Source of the DNA: Octopus bimaculoides
Taxonomy: Eukaryota
Assembly (NCBI RefSeq): GCF_001194135.2
Contig: NC_068994.1
Coordinates: forward strand, 22,447,928 to 22,511,927
DNA: 64,000 nucleotides
Reading direction: 5' to 3'
The notes under the pieces were generated by a model. That model had not been told where the DNA came from and ran no database searches. It saw only the letters and a list, made by a program, of their open reading frames with translations. The position numbers were made by a program, and so were the translations under genes. Shown here piece after piece: positions 24,677-38,526 of this stretch. The stretch's first letter is position 1, and every line of letters begins with the position of its first letter.

Positions 24677-25110
24677 ATAGGGTGTGATGAGTAAATTGTT
24701 GGTATTTTATGTTGTTTTTAATTTCACGCATTGTTTGTTTCTGATTTTGTCAACTACATACTATAGTAGGGTCTGTTGGGCACCATCTGTGAGGGAAAAC
24801 AGCACCATGACACAATTCGCTCTGCCAGAAATTTGGAAACGACATACTGTACTGCTTGGCATTCATGCCAGAAGCTCCAATAAGAACATTGTAGAGAATT
24901 TGGGTGTCAGTCTGGGGACATGAACTGAGAGTGATAAAAATAAAGCATCCAGTCATTATGGTATTTGAACTGATCACTGATCACTATTACCAACATATGT
25001 TTCTTCCACATTATTCCTCTTCTTGGATTTATCTTAATGCATCTATTGAAACATGTTAGTAATGTGGTGTTATAAAGCACTTAAATAACATCTTGTGCGT
25101 TTGTCTCCAT
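24677..25110 (+). mobile_element. Internally deleted Tc1/mariner (maT/DD37D-like) remnant
   Basis: PEIWKRHTVLLGIHARSSN...LGVSLGT HTH-like start followed by a KHPVIMVF fragment. Confidence 0.55.
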
Positions 25111-25154
25111 TTTCCATTATTTTTATATATTATATATTATATATATTATATATG

Positions 25155-25199
<45 letters not shown>

Positions 25200-26061
25200 T
25201 ATTTTTTAAAATTCTTGTATTTGTTTTAGTCATTTGACTACAGCCATGCTGGAGCACCACCTTTTGTTGAGNNNNNNNNNNNNNNNNNNNNNNNNNNNNN
25301 NNNNNNNNNNNNNNNNNNNNNNNNNNNNNNNNNNNNNNNNNNNNNNNNNNNNNNNNNNNNNNNNNNNNNNNNNNNNNNNNNNNNNNNNNNNNNNNNNNNN
25401 NNNNNNNNNNNNNNNNNNNNNNNNNNNNNNNNNNNNNNNNNNNNNNNNNNNNNNNNNNNNNNNNNNNNNNNNNNNNNNNNNNNNNNNNNNNNNNNNNNNN
25501 NNNNNNNNNNNNNNNNNNNNNNNNNNNNNNNNNNNNNNNNNNNNNNNNNNNNNNNNNNNNNNNNNNNNNNNNNNNNNNNNNNNNNNNNNNNNNNNNNNNN
25601 NNNNNNNNNNNNNNNNNNNNNNNNNNNNNNNNNNNNNNNNNNNNNNNNNNNNNNNNNNNNNNNNNNNNNNNNNNNNNNNNNNNNNNNNNNNNNNNNNNNN
25701 NNNNNNNNNNNNNNNNNNNNNNNNNNNNNNNNNNNNNNNNNNNNNNNNNNNNNNNNNNNNNNNNNNNNNNNNNNNNNNNNNNNNNNNNNNNNNNNNNNNN
25801 NNNNNNNNNNNNNNNNNNNNNNNNNNNNNNNNNNNNNNNNNNNNNNNNNNNNNNNNNNNNNNNNNNNNNNNNNNNNNNNNNNNNNNNNNNNNNNNNNNNN
25901 NNNNNNNNNNNNNNNNNNNNNNNNNNNNNNNNNNNNNNNNNNNNNNNNNNNNNNNNNNNNNNNNNNNNNNNNNNNNNNNNNNNNNNNNNNNNNNNNNNNN
26001 NNNNNNNNNNNNNNNNNNNNNNNNNNNNNNNNNNNNNNNNNNNNNNNNNNNNNNNNNNNNN

Positions 26062-26100
<39 letters not shown>

Positions 26101-26215
26101 CTCACTTAAGCATTGTGATACTAATAATCTGGTGCTGAACTCAATAGTCGAGTACAGAGTGGTAATTAGAAAATAAAAATGATTAAGGAATAATGAATTA
26201 TCGTTTGAGCTGTTA

Positions 26216-26686
26216 CTGCTATAAGATGTAGTGGACTCATAGTGGAGTGCCTGAACACATGGAGGCCTTAAATATGAAGTACAATTTATTTGGGAAAAAC
26301 AGTTTGACCCATGCATACACTTAGAAGAGTATTACCAATGAGAAAATAATTATTTACAGAATGGAATCCAGGAGTTCCTCTCATAATAAGAATAAAATTA
26401 ATGTTAAAGTGTGTATAATGATAGGTAATACTTCAATGTAGAGAAACAGTAATTTGATCTATCAGTAAAAGTATATGTATTCATATACATACACATATGA
26501 AAATATACCTATCCTTATACACACTTTAATATTAAACTTATTCTAATTATGGCTGGGGCTCCTGGATTTCATTTTCTCATTGGTAAGGCTTTTCTGTGTT
26601 TATGCATGAATGTAATTGTTTTTCCCGAATAAAATGTACTTCATTTTTGAGGCACTCAACTATGAGTCCACTACATCTTACAGCAG
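26216..26686. repeat. Foldback palindrome with ~190-210-bp inverted arms and ~70-bp spacer
   Basis: ctgctataagatgtagtggactcatagtggagtgcct...aaagtgtgtataatgataggta versus tacctatccttatacacacttt...aggcactcaactatgagtccactacatcttacagcag. Confidence 0.9.
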
Positions 26687-26753
26687 AAATATCTGTAAGC
26701 TAATGAAGTTCATAAGATAATTGTTTATTCCTTTGTCATTCTCATTTTCTTAT

Positions 26754-26799
<46 letters not shown>

Positions 26800-26825
26800 T
26801 ACTTGTGTGTATATGTATGTATATA

Positions 26826-27672
26826 CAGGGTGTTTAGGCAGAATTTGACAGTTTGCATAAAAGGAAAAGAAAATATAAAATCCCATTCAAAAATAAAGTA
26901 TTTCAAAAAATCAAAAAAATATCAACTAGATTATGGCTGGGAGATAACAGTTTATTCAAAGTAACCACCCTCAACTTCTACCACAGCCTCAAGTTGGCTC
27001 CAGAACCTGGCACATGTGTTCCTCATTGTGTCCCATGGGAATTTTCTTCACCCCAAATGCGAACATTATGCTTATTGACTTTGCCATTCATATGAAATAT
27101 GGCCTCATCAATGAAAACAAGACATTCCTTGAACTCAGTTTCAAGTTTCTCTTGCATATCAACACAGAATTGTTTGCGCTTTCACTTGTCATCTGCTGTT
27201 ATGACCTGAATGAACTGCAGCTTGTAGGGTTTCATTCGCAAGCGTTTCCTCAGGACATGCCAGACTGTAGTTGGAAGAATCTGGGTTTCCAGACTTGTTC
27301 TTCTTATGGAATTCTTGGGGCTTTGCAAGAGTTTTTAGTGAACCTGCTCGACTGTCTCTTCCGATGTTAGTGGTCATCCAGATCCTTTTGCCCTGCACAG
27401 ACAGCCTTCCTCTTTGAATTTTTTGTGCCATGTACAAATCTGCATTGCCGTTGGTGACTTTTTAGAGAACTCTCTCATGCATGCTGCACAGTCTTGTTCG
27501 ACTGTGTTCGAGCATACTCCAACACACAAAATGCCTTTTCTCTTCCAGTGAATGCCATTTCTATACCTGAAAAGATAAACATATCAAACATTAACCATAA
27601 AATATTGATTTGTTTCTACACATGCTGTTAAAATTTAAAGTCATTTGAACAAGAACTGGCAAAGTTATTAGA
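26826..27672 (-). mobile_element. Tc1/mariner-superfamily transposon with DUF4817-type N-terminal HTH, partly deleted
   Basis: Stitched across frameshifts: MAFTGREKAFCVLEYARTQSNKTVQ...WHKKFKEEG...LRKRLRMKPYKLQ...LVFIDEAIFHMNGKVNKHNVRIWGEEN. TA|CAGGGTG terminus. Confidence 0.8.
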
Positions 27673-28032
27673 NNNNNNNNNNNNNNNNNNNNNNNNNNNN
27701 NNNNNNNNNNNNNNNNNNNNNNNNNNNNNNNNNNNNNNNNNNNNNNNNNNNNNNNNNNNNNNNNNNNNNNNNNNNNNNNNNNNNNNNNNNNNNNNNNNNN
27801 NNNNNNNNNNNNNNNNNNNNNNNNNNNNNNNNNNNNNNNNNNNNNNNNNNNNNNNNNNNNNNNNNNNNNNNNNNNNNNNNNNNNNNNNNNNNNNNNNNNN
27901 NNNNNNNNNNNNNNNNNNNNNNNNNNNNNNNNNNNNNNNNNNNNNNNNNNNNNNNNNNNNNNNNNNNNNNNNNNNNNNNNNNNNNNNNNNNNNNNNNNNN
28001 NNNNNNNNNNNNNNNNNNNNNNNNNNNNNNNN

Positions 28033-28076
<44 letters not shown>

Positions 28077-28167
28077 GTATGTGTGTGTGTATATATATAT
28101 ATGTATTTATGTATGTGTATATGCTTGTGTGTGTGTGTGTATGCATATGCATGTATGTATGTGTGTA

Positions 28168-29422
28168 TTAGGTTATTAAAAATGAAATGTCTGATTTCAA
28201 ATTGAAATTTTATTTTATTTTATCTCAAACAAGAAGCAGTGCAATTAATCAAAGTATGTGCCTAAACTATCAACACAGTTTTGCCATCTTAATGGTAACT
28301 TCTTTATGCTGGCAGTGAAGAAGCCTGGAGGTGAGAGGTGATGAAATGGTGAAAGGCTGTTTTCACAGCATCTTGAGAATTGAACGTTTTTCCTTGTAAG
28401 AAGTGGTCCAATTCCTGGAAGATGTGATAGTCAGTTGGTGCAAGATCTGGTGAATACGATGGGTGACAGAGAATTTCCAAATCCAACTCCTGTTTGAGTT
28501 GTGTTGTTTGTGTGACATGTCATCTTGTGTTGTCTTGCAAGAGGATTGGCCTGTCTCTATTGACCAATCTCGGTCATTTAATTGCAAGCTCCCTCATCAT
28601 TTCATTTAATTGGTTGATGTATACATCCACTGTAATTGATTGACCAGGTCTCATAAAGCTGTAGTGGATGATGCATGCACTGGACCACCAAATTGACACC
28701 ATTATCTTTTCTTGGTAAATATTCTGTTTTGGACTGTGTTTCAGTGCTTCATCTTTATCCAATCATCATGCCAAACACTTGCGATTGTTGAAAAGGATCC
28801 ATTTTTCGTCACCTGTAACAATACAATGCAAAAATGGTTTGCCTTTATATGCCATGACAGCAAAGAACAGCAAGTTTTGAGACAATTTTTCATCTGATGC
28901 TCATTTAATTCTATCCAGCTTCTTTACCTTATTGATTTGCTTTAGATGGTCCAATATTGTTGGAATAGTAATGTCAAATCTTGCTACTAATTTATGCACA
29001 GTTTGAGATGTATCCACTTTTACTATAGTTTTCAGTACATCTTTATCCACCTCGGTTGCAGTTCTCCCATGTGGCTTATTTTCAGGATTAAATCACCAGT
29101 ACAGAACTTCTCAAACCATCAACGCATTGTGTGTTCATTAGCCACATCCTCGCCAAACACCTCATTGATGTTTCAAGCTGTCTGCGATGCACTGGTTCCA
29201 CAATAGAACTCATATACAAAAATAACATGAATTTTTGACATGTCCATGGATTCACAAAAATTGATCTGAAACAGACAATCAAACAAAAAATTGCATTAGA
29301 AACTGTGATGATGTACCTGCACAATAAAACAAAACCAAGAACTGTTAAGGTGAAATGTCAGAGATAGCAAATCTCAAACTTAGTGGTTAAGGAAATCAGA
29401 CATTCCATACTTAATGACCTAA
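28168..29422 (-). mobile_element. Full-length (1255 bp) decayed mariner element with both TIRs and TA duplication
   Basis: TIRs ttaggttattaaaaatgaaatgtctgatttc and gaaatcagacattccatacttaatgacctaa, TA on both sides. Peptides KIMVSIWW and HPSYSPDLAPTDYHIF. Confidence 0.93.
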
Positions 29423-31574
29423 TATGTATTCATATATATGTACATATGTATATATATATATATATATATACATATATATGTATTTATGTGTGTATGAGTA
29501 TATATATATATATATAAGTGTGTGTTTGTATGTATATACATCTTCTCTTTAGATTTCATTTTGCACCTCATTCAACCAGTTTTGAATTGGTAGAAATCTT
29601 ACTGATATAGAAAAATGTTGAAAGTGAGAAAATAGCTTCTACAATGCAAGAAGTTTTTAAAATCTAGATTTTATCAAACTTTCTGCACTCTTCAATATCG
29701 CAATGCTTCAAGCAAACTACAACGCTCTTATATATTTTTCTTTTCCTTTCATTTTCTCTCTCTTTCTTGTGCTGTTCCCTCTAAATATTAGTTTTTACCC
29801 ATGTATACACTCCTCACAGTACTGCATATACTTCATTTACATCCATCTCAACAGAATATTGTTTTCCACTCATTCATTCTCTCTTTTCATTAATCACTTT
29901 TAACCTTCTCCTAGTCTATTAGTCAATAGAAATTACACTCTGATTTTCTTTGTATTCTAGCTCTAGCATTGGTAATGATACCTACAGATTTCCACAGTTT
30001 AACAAATGTTTGAAGAGTCTATGATTCTCTGTTAAAGCTTGTTAATAGCATTCATATCATATTTTTAATTCAAATCCTGCTGAGGCTGTCTTTGTTTTTT
30101 ATATCTTCAGCATTGATAAATCAACTACCATAACATATTGGGTTTATTTCAATCAACTATACCCTTTCCCTACAAACATGGTCCTTGTACCTTGCCAAAA
30201 TAAATCATTATAAATTGAATTAACACTGGTGTTTGACCAAAGCATTACCACTATGGTTATTCTCAATTCTACGCTTTAAAAGTACCCTCTGTAAAATCCT
30301 GGTTTTCCATTTCATGCAGATTTATTATAATTACATACAAGTTCTTATTTACCACTTAATCTTTCCCAAATAAAATAAAATTTCATTTATGCAATTAAAT
30401 AAAATGAAACTTTATAGACTTTAGAAAGGAAAAAAATGGAAAACCCTTTCTTTTCTTCAAGTAGGGATTGTTATCAAGCTTGAATAACTTATTTTTTTTA
30501 TTAAATAAAGTTTGTGGTTCTCACTAATCCAGACAGTTTTCTCATTTTTGGTCTTTAATTACTCTAAGGAATGGTTTTACTCTTTATAATCAATAATGTG
30601 TCACTTTGCTTGTGATTAACAAAAGCTTTAAAGGTTTGAACCATGCTTTTTAAACCACTCTAATGCCAGGCCTTTCATATAACTTTCCTTATGTTTTAAT
30701 TTCTTTTTAAGAATTCAGAATATAATTACATTTCTTATGCAGTATTCTTTAATCTGCATCAGTTAAATAAGATAAAATACTGAAATGTGAAAAATCAAAT
30801 TGAGAAAAATGAGTTAAATCCTGTAAGTACTAAATTACAAATTTTAAGTAATAATACACAGAAAAGAAAACAATTTACTTGGAAACGACACAATAGAACA
30901 CATGTATTTGCTTATATCTATTATTTCTTATTGACAGATAACCACATAAAACCTTTGTTGCTTGCTTTCTGTTTATATTGTTTAGAATTTGAAAAAAAAA
31001 TCTAGTTTCAATACATGGTATCTATATTAAATGTTTATCTAGCCAACTCATCCAGTGTAAAATAAATACAAAAACACTGTAACTTCATCCATTATATAAA
31101 ACAACTTTTCTATTCATTGAATGGGAAGCAGTGAGATTTATGTGCACTACCTCATTATATGATGCCAATATGCTATCATTATGTAATAAATTTGAGATAT
31201 TGTGTAGTTTTGTTATAATAAATGATATTGAACCTCTAATTAGTTGTTGACTTCTTAGGTAAGAATATTTTTGTTGATCCTTGATTTTGCACATACTTTA
31301 TGTTTTCTTATTTTCCATTTTCTAATAACTGCGTGGTAGTTACTGCTACATTCTGCAGGAATAATTTTTACACTGGCTGTTTTCTTTGCTCTACTAGATA
31401 AAATTAAAGATTGATTATTTCATTAATGAAAAAGAAATTTAAGCTCACAAACAGAAAATATTAATACTAGAAACATTAATTCTGTAGTTGTGACTGAATA
31501 TTGCTGGTTTCTAAACATTTGATGTTAAAAAAATATCCTTCTAGAAAACAAATGCTAATTAAAATATTTTGTCA

Positions 31575-32130
31575 CGTTGATATGTGTGCTTGAGAAGACC
31601 CGGCAAGCCAAGTGAGATTGTAGCCATGGCTGATGCCAGTGTCACATAACTGGTCCATTTAAAAGTACCATTCAATCATCAGGCAATATGTTGTGCTTAA
31701 GAAGGCCTGTTGAGTCAAGTGAAAAACGTAGTCGTGGCTGATGTCAGTGTCACCTGACTGACACGTAAAAAACACTGTTCGAGCATAGCTGATGCCAGTG
31801 CCGCCTGACTAGCTCCCATGCCGGTTGCACATAAAAAGCACTATTTGAGTGTAGTCAATGCCAGTGCCACCTGACTAGCTCCCATGCTGGTGGCACGTAA
31901 AAGGCACCATTTGAGCGTGCTTGATACCAGTGCCACCTGACTGGCCTCCATGCCGGTAGCACATAAAAAGCACCCACTACACTCTCGGAGTGGTTGGAAT
32001 TAGGAAGGGCATCCAGCTGTAGAAACCTTGCCAAATTGGAGCCTAGTGTAGCTTTCTGGCTTGCCAGTCCTCAGTCAAAACTGTCAAACTCATGCCAGCA
32101 TAGAAAGTGGAAATTAAACGATGATGATGC
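31575..32130 (+). mobile_element. RTE 3' UTR-derived repeat with ~4 internal ~60-bp units
   Basis: Same family as 7730-8265. Confidence 0.85.
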
Positions 32131-32164
32131 ACTTTGTATTTACTTAGTATTTTTGTCACGTTGC

Positions 32165-32330
32165 ACTTAATTTGGGATTCAGTTCCACTCTGGCGTTTTA
32201 GGCAAGTGTCTTCTATGATAGCCCTGGGCTGACCAGAACCTTGTAAGTCAAGTTGGTAAACAGAAACTGATAGAAACCTATTGTATACATTTGTATGTGT
32301 ATATGTGTTTGTGTCTCCTTGTCTTGACAT
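32165..32330 (+). mobile_element. SINE family B
   Basis: gattcagttccactctggcgttttaggcaagtgtcttctatgatagccc...gttggtaaacagaaactg. Confidence 0.7.
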
Positions 32331-32989
32331 CATGCAATGAGAATCATTGTTGTACAAGCAATGTTACTTATTCTCAGTCTTCTGTGAGAACATGTCCATT
32401 GACAGGAAAATATTAATGCTTTGAAGAGTTGAGGATTGGTGACAGAAAGAACATCTGTCTCAATGATTCTCATTTAACCTATGCAAGCATGGAATGGTGG
32501 CCGTTAAAATGATATTTCTCTTTTTAGTGAAGTATTCCCTTATGTATTATTGATATATTTGCTGAAGTATATCAATGAATTGTTAATACCTGCAAACAAA
32601 GCAAAATGAACATAAAATTACATTAATGACAATGGTGCTTCTGGTGGCATTGGTGTTAGCTGTGTGGTTGCCAATTATTATAGGTTAATAATTTCATTAT
32701 TAGGAACTCTTAACTGTAATTTGTTCTTAGAATTTTACTGTGTTGAGAATGAATCATCAAATGAGAATTAATTAACTAAGATGCATTGCTAGTGTCTACA
32801 TGCTGAGGGCATCCACAAATTTACTTGTAGCTATTCTTAAACTTCTATGATACATGTTTTCAGTGGTTCTTGGATATAAATACAACTGTTTAGTAATGCA
32901 GGAACTGAGTGCTTATAATGCTTCTTATTAACATAGCTGACAGTTACTCCATGAATGTGTGGTTAATATTAAGAAGGGTATCCATCATT

Positions 32990-33400
32990 ATCATCATCAT
33001 CATTTTAACATCTACTTTTCCATGCTTGCACAGGTCAAACAAAATTTTGTTGAGACAGATTTTCTACAGCTGGATGCCCTACCTGCTGCTTACCCCTACC
33101 TGTTTCCACATAAGGTAATATTTCCCCCAAAACTAGGAAAAAAAGACACTGCTTGCATGATGGAAACATTCGTTTACAACTATCATGCAATGACAAAGCA
33201 AGGAGACATACAAACACACACACATATACTACATATATACATACATATACACATACACATGGACATATATACACACAACAGGTTTCTTTCAGTTTCCCTC
33301 TACCAAATCCACTCACAAACCTTTGGTTGGCACTGGGCTATATAGAGAAGACTCTTATCCAACATTCCACATCGAATTTAGGGTTATGTAAGTAGGGAAG
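32990..33400 (-). mobile_element. RTE-tailed SINE family B copy
   Basis: catcatcat...catctacttttccatgc...agctggatgccc then ctttcagtttccctctaccaaatccactcacaaacc. Confidence 0.7.
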
Positions 33401-33602
33401 CAAACTATTTCCTTCCTTGATTACCTGAGTTACTGTGTACTCTCAGCACTTGTTCTCTTTGTCTACTTCTGGCTATGGTAAAGGCACTTATCCAAGTTAC
33501 TATGCTGGAAGATCAAACCCAGAACCTAACAGATGGGAAGCAAATGTGTTCACCTCTAGGCTATGCCTGCATTAACTGTGTGGCTAAGAAGTTAACCAAT
33601 GA

Positions 33603-33800
33603 ACATTGATTGCAAATTTTGGCACAAGGCCAGCAAGTTTGGAAAAGTGAGTAAGTCAATTACATCAACCCCAGTGTTCAACTGGTATGTACTTTTTCAA
33701 CCCTGAAAGGATGAAAGATAAAGTTGACCTTGGTGGAATTTGAAATCAGAACATGAAGATGATCAAAATGCCACTAAGCATTTTGCCCGTTGTGCTAACG
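33603..33800 (-). mobile_element. SINE family A
   Basis: aaattttggcacaaggccagc...gttgaccttggtggaatttgaa...gcattttgcccgttgtgctaacga. Confidence 0.85.
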
Positions 33801-34152
33801 AATATTATTAGCAAAGGACATAAACATTGGTAAGAAAACAAAGAAAACCAGTGTTTTTCAACAAAAGCACTGATTTTTGTTCAATTGAATAAGATAATGC
33901 CTTGTCACTGTTGCAGCTATAAATGCATCGAATCACTGATTAGTCAATCGTAAACCTGTAAACAGTGATGCTATTGTTTCCAAATAGCAATTTAAAATAA
34001 GTGAAAAGCTTTAATGAAACTGTGTTAATATATAGTCAGTGTAAACATGAGATATTAAAGAAACATGGATGCAAGTATTTCTTGTAGGCTTATAGAATTA
34101 GCTAAAAGCTTGCACTGCAATACTTGAAACCAACTAAAAAAATGGTTTAAGT

Positions 34153-34406
34153 CAATGGTTCCCAAAGTGGGTGGTATTGCCCCTCTGGGGACAGTGGAAC
34201 GTTCCAGGGGTGGGGCAATAATGGGCAATTCATGTAAAAACAACAAAATAATGGGTTCATTAGGTTAAGTTTATTTATGAAATAGTTGCTTTGAATTTGC
34301 TTCAGAAAGAGGTCTGTGTTTGTAATGGTTAGTTAGAGTGGGGGGTGCTAGGAATGTGGTCAGGGTTTCAAGGGGCTGGCAGTCTGAAAATGTTTGGGAA
34401 CCACTG
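34153..34406. mobile_element. hAT-type MITE
   Basis: TIRs caatggttcccaaa and tttgggaaccactg; no TSD recognisable. Confidence 0.65.
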
Positions 34407-34779
34407 GAAGTGAAGAATATGAGTGACTATGATTGACTGAGATAGTATAACCTAAGAAAAATAATTGTTAAATGCATGGCTGTATGGTTAACTATATTCC
34501 TGGACAAACCAAATCCTTGTGAGTGAATTTTCCACACAGAAACTGGAAGAAGCCCATCATGTATGTATATTATCATCATCATCTAATTCTAGTTTGAGCA
34601 TGGGTTGGATGCTTTGATAGGATCCAACAAACCAGAAAACTATGGCGAGCCTCCAATGTTTGTTTTGGCATGGCTTCTACAACTGGATATCCTTACTAAC
34701 AGCAGCCATTTTACAAAGTATACTGGTTTGTTAATGTGGAAATATGAACATGTGCAATATTGGCAGAAACAGCTAACAG

Positions 34780-36000
34780 GCATTAATCGTCATCATTTAA
34801 TGTTCATTTTCCATGCTGGCATGGGTCGGACAGTTTGACAGGAGCTGGGAAGGCCAGGAGCCACACCAGGTTTTATTGCCTCTTTGGGCATGGTTTCTAC
34901 AGCTGGATGCCCTTCCTAATGTCAACCACTTAACAGGGTTCACTGGGTGTTTTTTAAGTGGCACCAGTGCTTTTTATGTGGCACTAGTGCTTTTTATGTG
35001 GCACCAGCACCAACAGGGTTACCAAATACCTTGCAAGACAAAAAAACTGGGAGTGGGGAGTTGTACTGAGTGAGGTACAGCTTTGTGCCAGTTGAAAGAT
35101 TAAAGGTATAGAGGGACAGAGATAGGTGTTTTGCTGTAAAATAGATATATGGATACTCTAATTGGAAAAGAAGAGAGATGAAGTTAGAGAGTAAATTAAA
35201 GAGAGTGACAGAAAGAGAGATGATGATGAATATGTTTTAGGACATGCTCTTGAGGGTGGTGAGAATAGGTGCAATTTGGACTGGATAAGTGGAATGGATT
35301 GAGGTGACAATAGCAAATGCTGGAGAAAAATATAAGGAAGCCAAGCAGTAGATATGTGAGGGCATTGAAGGTGATAATAGATAAGTGAAATGTTAATGAT
35401 GGAGAACAGCACAGGGGAGAGAAGATACAGAAAGGAGGTCATTGGTGGAGATAATAGGTGGCGGATGATAATGGGAAATGATCAGGGGTGACAGAAGAAA
35501 GGCAACTGAAAAAGCCAGGGGATGTAGTAGTGCCTATTCTGCTCTCAGGGTTAGGGAAGTGATGGGTGTTAGGGGAAAATGTTGTCAGGGCAGAGAGGAT
35601 AGAGGTGGGTGCAAAGCTCCTCATGGACAAGCATTACAAAGTGGTTTCAGGATATCAATTCTGTTGTGGTGTGGGGGTTTTCTTGAGTATAGCAAGGTGC
35701 CAGATGTCTCAGTTCTTTGTCATCTCCTTTGTAAAGCTTCATCCTATGTCTTCCTGGGTTTCCCACAAGTTCCATCCACTTTAAATGATGAGCACTTCTT
35801 TATGCAACTGTCCTCATACATATGCATCGCATGACCAAACCAGCAGAGTCTTCTCTCTTGTACACTGTATCTAATTCCTTTTATGCCTAATTGTTCTCTC
35901 AGTACACTAGAACTCTGTCACACATATACACTAACATTGCTTATCCAGCAGAACATACTAGCTTTTTTCCCATGTCTTCTGCATTCAGAGCCCATGACAC
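34780..36000 (-). mobile_element. RTE LINE 3' end (ORF2 C-terminus, 3' UTR and tail)
   Basis: Reverse complement resembles 47280-48220, with a decayed R-W-x-GH-x-M-x-M region and terminal ttaggaagggcatccagctgtagaaac. Confidence 0.75.
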
Positions 36001-36199
36001 AGCTCAACCTCATTTTTTACCTAATCATACTGGAGATTTTATGGACAAATATTAAATGCCTTGATGACAACCTTAACTACTTGAAACTACTATAGTAAAC
36101 TGTCAATTCAATAGTCACACTGAGCATTCTTTGAGTCATAGTGGAGCTCTATAGTAAGCTTTCTATGAGAAATAGCTTCATAATTAAATTCCTCCGCTC

Positions 36200-38492
36200 A
36201 TGAAGTTTCATGAAGACACCTCACTCTTATATTGAGAACAACTCACCCAGACTGCAAGAATTGTCTAGTAAATTGAAAATGTCAAGGAAGGACATGGTTT
36301 TGAATGTGAATGTGACCTGTTTAGGAAGTTAGGGAACCTGAGCAAACTTGCTAGTGAACTACATAAAGAAGATGTAAACTCAACTTGTTGTAGCAAAGGC
36401 AATGCATCTGAGAGAGCTGTATCTCTGAATAAAAGCTGACACAATGTAGAAAGAACTCTTTAGTCCTGACAGATAGCCTCTTTAATGTTAGTGGCATGAT
36501 ACTAATTGCTTATAAGGGATTATTACATTAGGGCTACATACAGTAGTGGGATGGCCTGGTGTAGCATCTATCCTTCAGCTATCATCAAATATTGCACCAA
36601 ACTCTCTTTCAGATAAAGAAAACAGTACCAAACAATTCACACTTAACTGGAAACTGTCTTCTCCTTGTTAGGTTAAAAATTTTAGGGCTGCCACCATCAG
36701 TGTTAGCCCAATTAAAGATAAATTGGGAGAGACTATAGAGATGTTAGAGAAGGGTCAAGTATTGTGAAAAAGAGGTAACATGGAGAGAGACTCAGGAAAT
36801 CAGGAAACTTCAGGAAATCAGCCACCTACCTGATCACCAACTACTCAAGTGAACATGCAAGCCAAATAGACTTCATACTCCTCAAGAAGCAGGATAGATA
36901 ATTAGATGTAAATACTTAGTCCTTCCCTCGTGGAGAATGTACCACTTAACATAGACAAGCAATCAGTAACTTCAAGATAAGAGCATGACAGACTTAGTGA
37001 TACAAGACCTTCTGATGAAGGACAATATGGAAGTTGAAAGATCTTGACTATGCATAGATTCAAAGCAATACAAGTTCACACATGATGAGAAGGAGAGAAG
37101 ACAGGAACTTAAAAAAAAAAAGATAACTGATACTTTCTACGATGTGATCTGCTGTGATCCACGTGCCAGATCTGTCAATGGAGCAATGGTGTGTGGTAGT
37201 AGAAACAGTAAAGCAAATAGAGCCAAAAAGCTAAGAAAGATGAGAAGTTTGATGGAAGACAAGTGATCGATATATCAGGTAGCTAGAAGAGTAGTTAGAC
37301 ATCAGGTATACTTAACAAGGAGAAAAACTGAAAAGTAAGAGGTTTGCCAATGTTCTGCAGCAAGAAAATCAGAGGCGTGTGTTGTTCAGGACTGAAAAGC
37401 AGTGTCAGGATGAATTAGGATGTACATGGGGGAGAAATGTGTTGGGAATGTGATGCATTTGTCCTCTTTAATTCTGAAAAGAAAAAAAGACATGAAAATG
37501 CTACTTAGAGGAGTCACTGAATGACAAGATTGTTCAGGTAAGAGTGGAAGTGCTCCAAGTATAAACAGACCCAACAGAGGGACCAGCTAAAGAGGGACTT
37601 GCTATACAGCTGAAAAGGAGATTAAAGATTTGAAGGTGAGAAAAGTAACTGGACCACCAAAGATAGTCACCAAGACACTGAAAATATCCAATGAAATAAG
37701 GCATGCTCTATTTACTTGCATAATTAGTCCAGTTGTACAGTGAGAGAACTTGCACAATGATGGATGTCATAGTATTATTGCCAATTGTTATAAAGATAAA
37801 GGAAATATTCAAGAAAAAAGCCACAATAGAGATATCAAATTTATAGATCAACTTTTGAAAACNNNNNNNNNNNNNNNNNNNNNNNNNNNNNNNNNNNNNN
37901 NNNNNNNNNNNNNNNNNNNNNNNNNNNNNNNNNNNNNNNNNNNNNCAAGAAAAAAGCCACAATAGAGATATCAAATTTATAGATCAACTTTTGAAAACTA
38001 TAGAAAAGTTATATCATAATTAATTAGGAAGAAAATTTAACTTGAAAGAAATGTAATTCAATTATGTGTGTGAACAAATGTAGGATTTCTAAGCTAAGGG
38101 CAACTCATTATACATAGCATTTGTTAGTCTGGAGAAAGCCTTTGACAGCATATCATGATCTGTTGTTGACCAGTTGCTAAAACACTTAGCTGAATGGCTT
38201 GTCAGAGCTATGCAAGCTGTATACAGAGATGCTATCAGTAAGATGACAGCAATGAATTCAGCAATGAATTTAGCATGTAGGTAGGTGTCCATCAAAGTTT
38301 AGTTCTTATTAATTTTATTAAACAAGAGAACTTGGTTTAGTTCTCTTGTTTAATAAAATTCTCTGCTAGGAGGGGTTGTTTGATGTTCATGAATATGTTG
38401 AGTTTGTATCTGGTGATTAGTAGAAATCACTGGACAAAGGAGGACACATTTAGTAACAGTTTCTTGATCAATAGCTGCTGGTGTCATATCTG

Positions 38493-38526
<34 letters not shown>

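Noticed and set aside
23617-26316. Long ORFs of 270-400 aa in the track (also 27628-28152 and 45309-46176)
   Set aside because: They are open only because they run through N-gaps and dinucleotide repeats.
29930-30440. Weak protein-like minus-strand translation (possible very old LINE)
   Set aside because: Many stops and no diagnostic motif I could identify.
37810-37998. Exact 53-bp direct repeat on both sides of an N-gap (37810-37862 and 37946-37998)
   Set aside because: Typical unmerged contig overlap; an assembly artefact, not biology.
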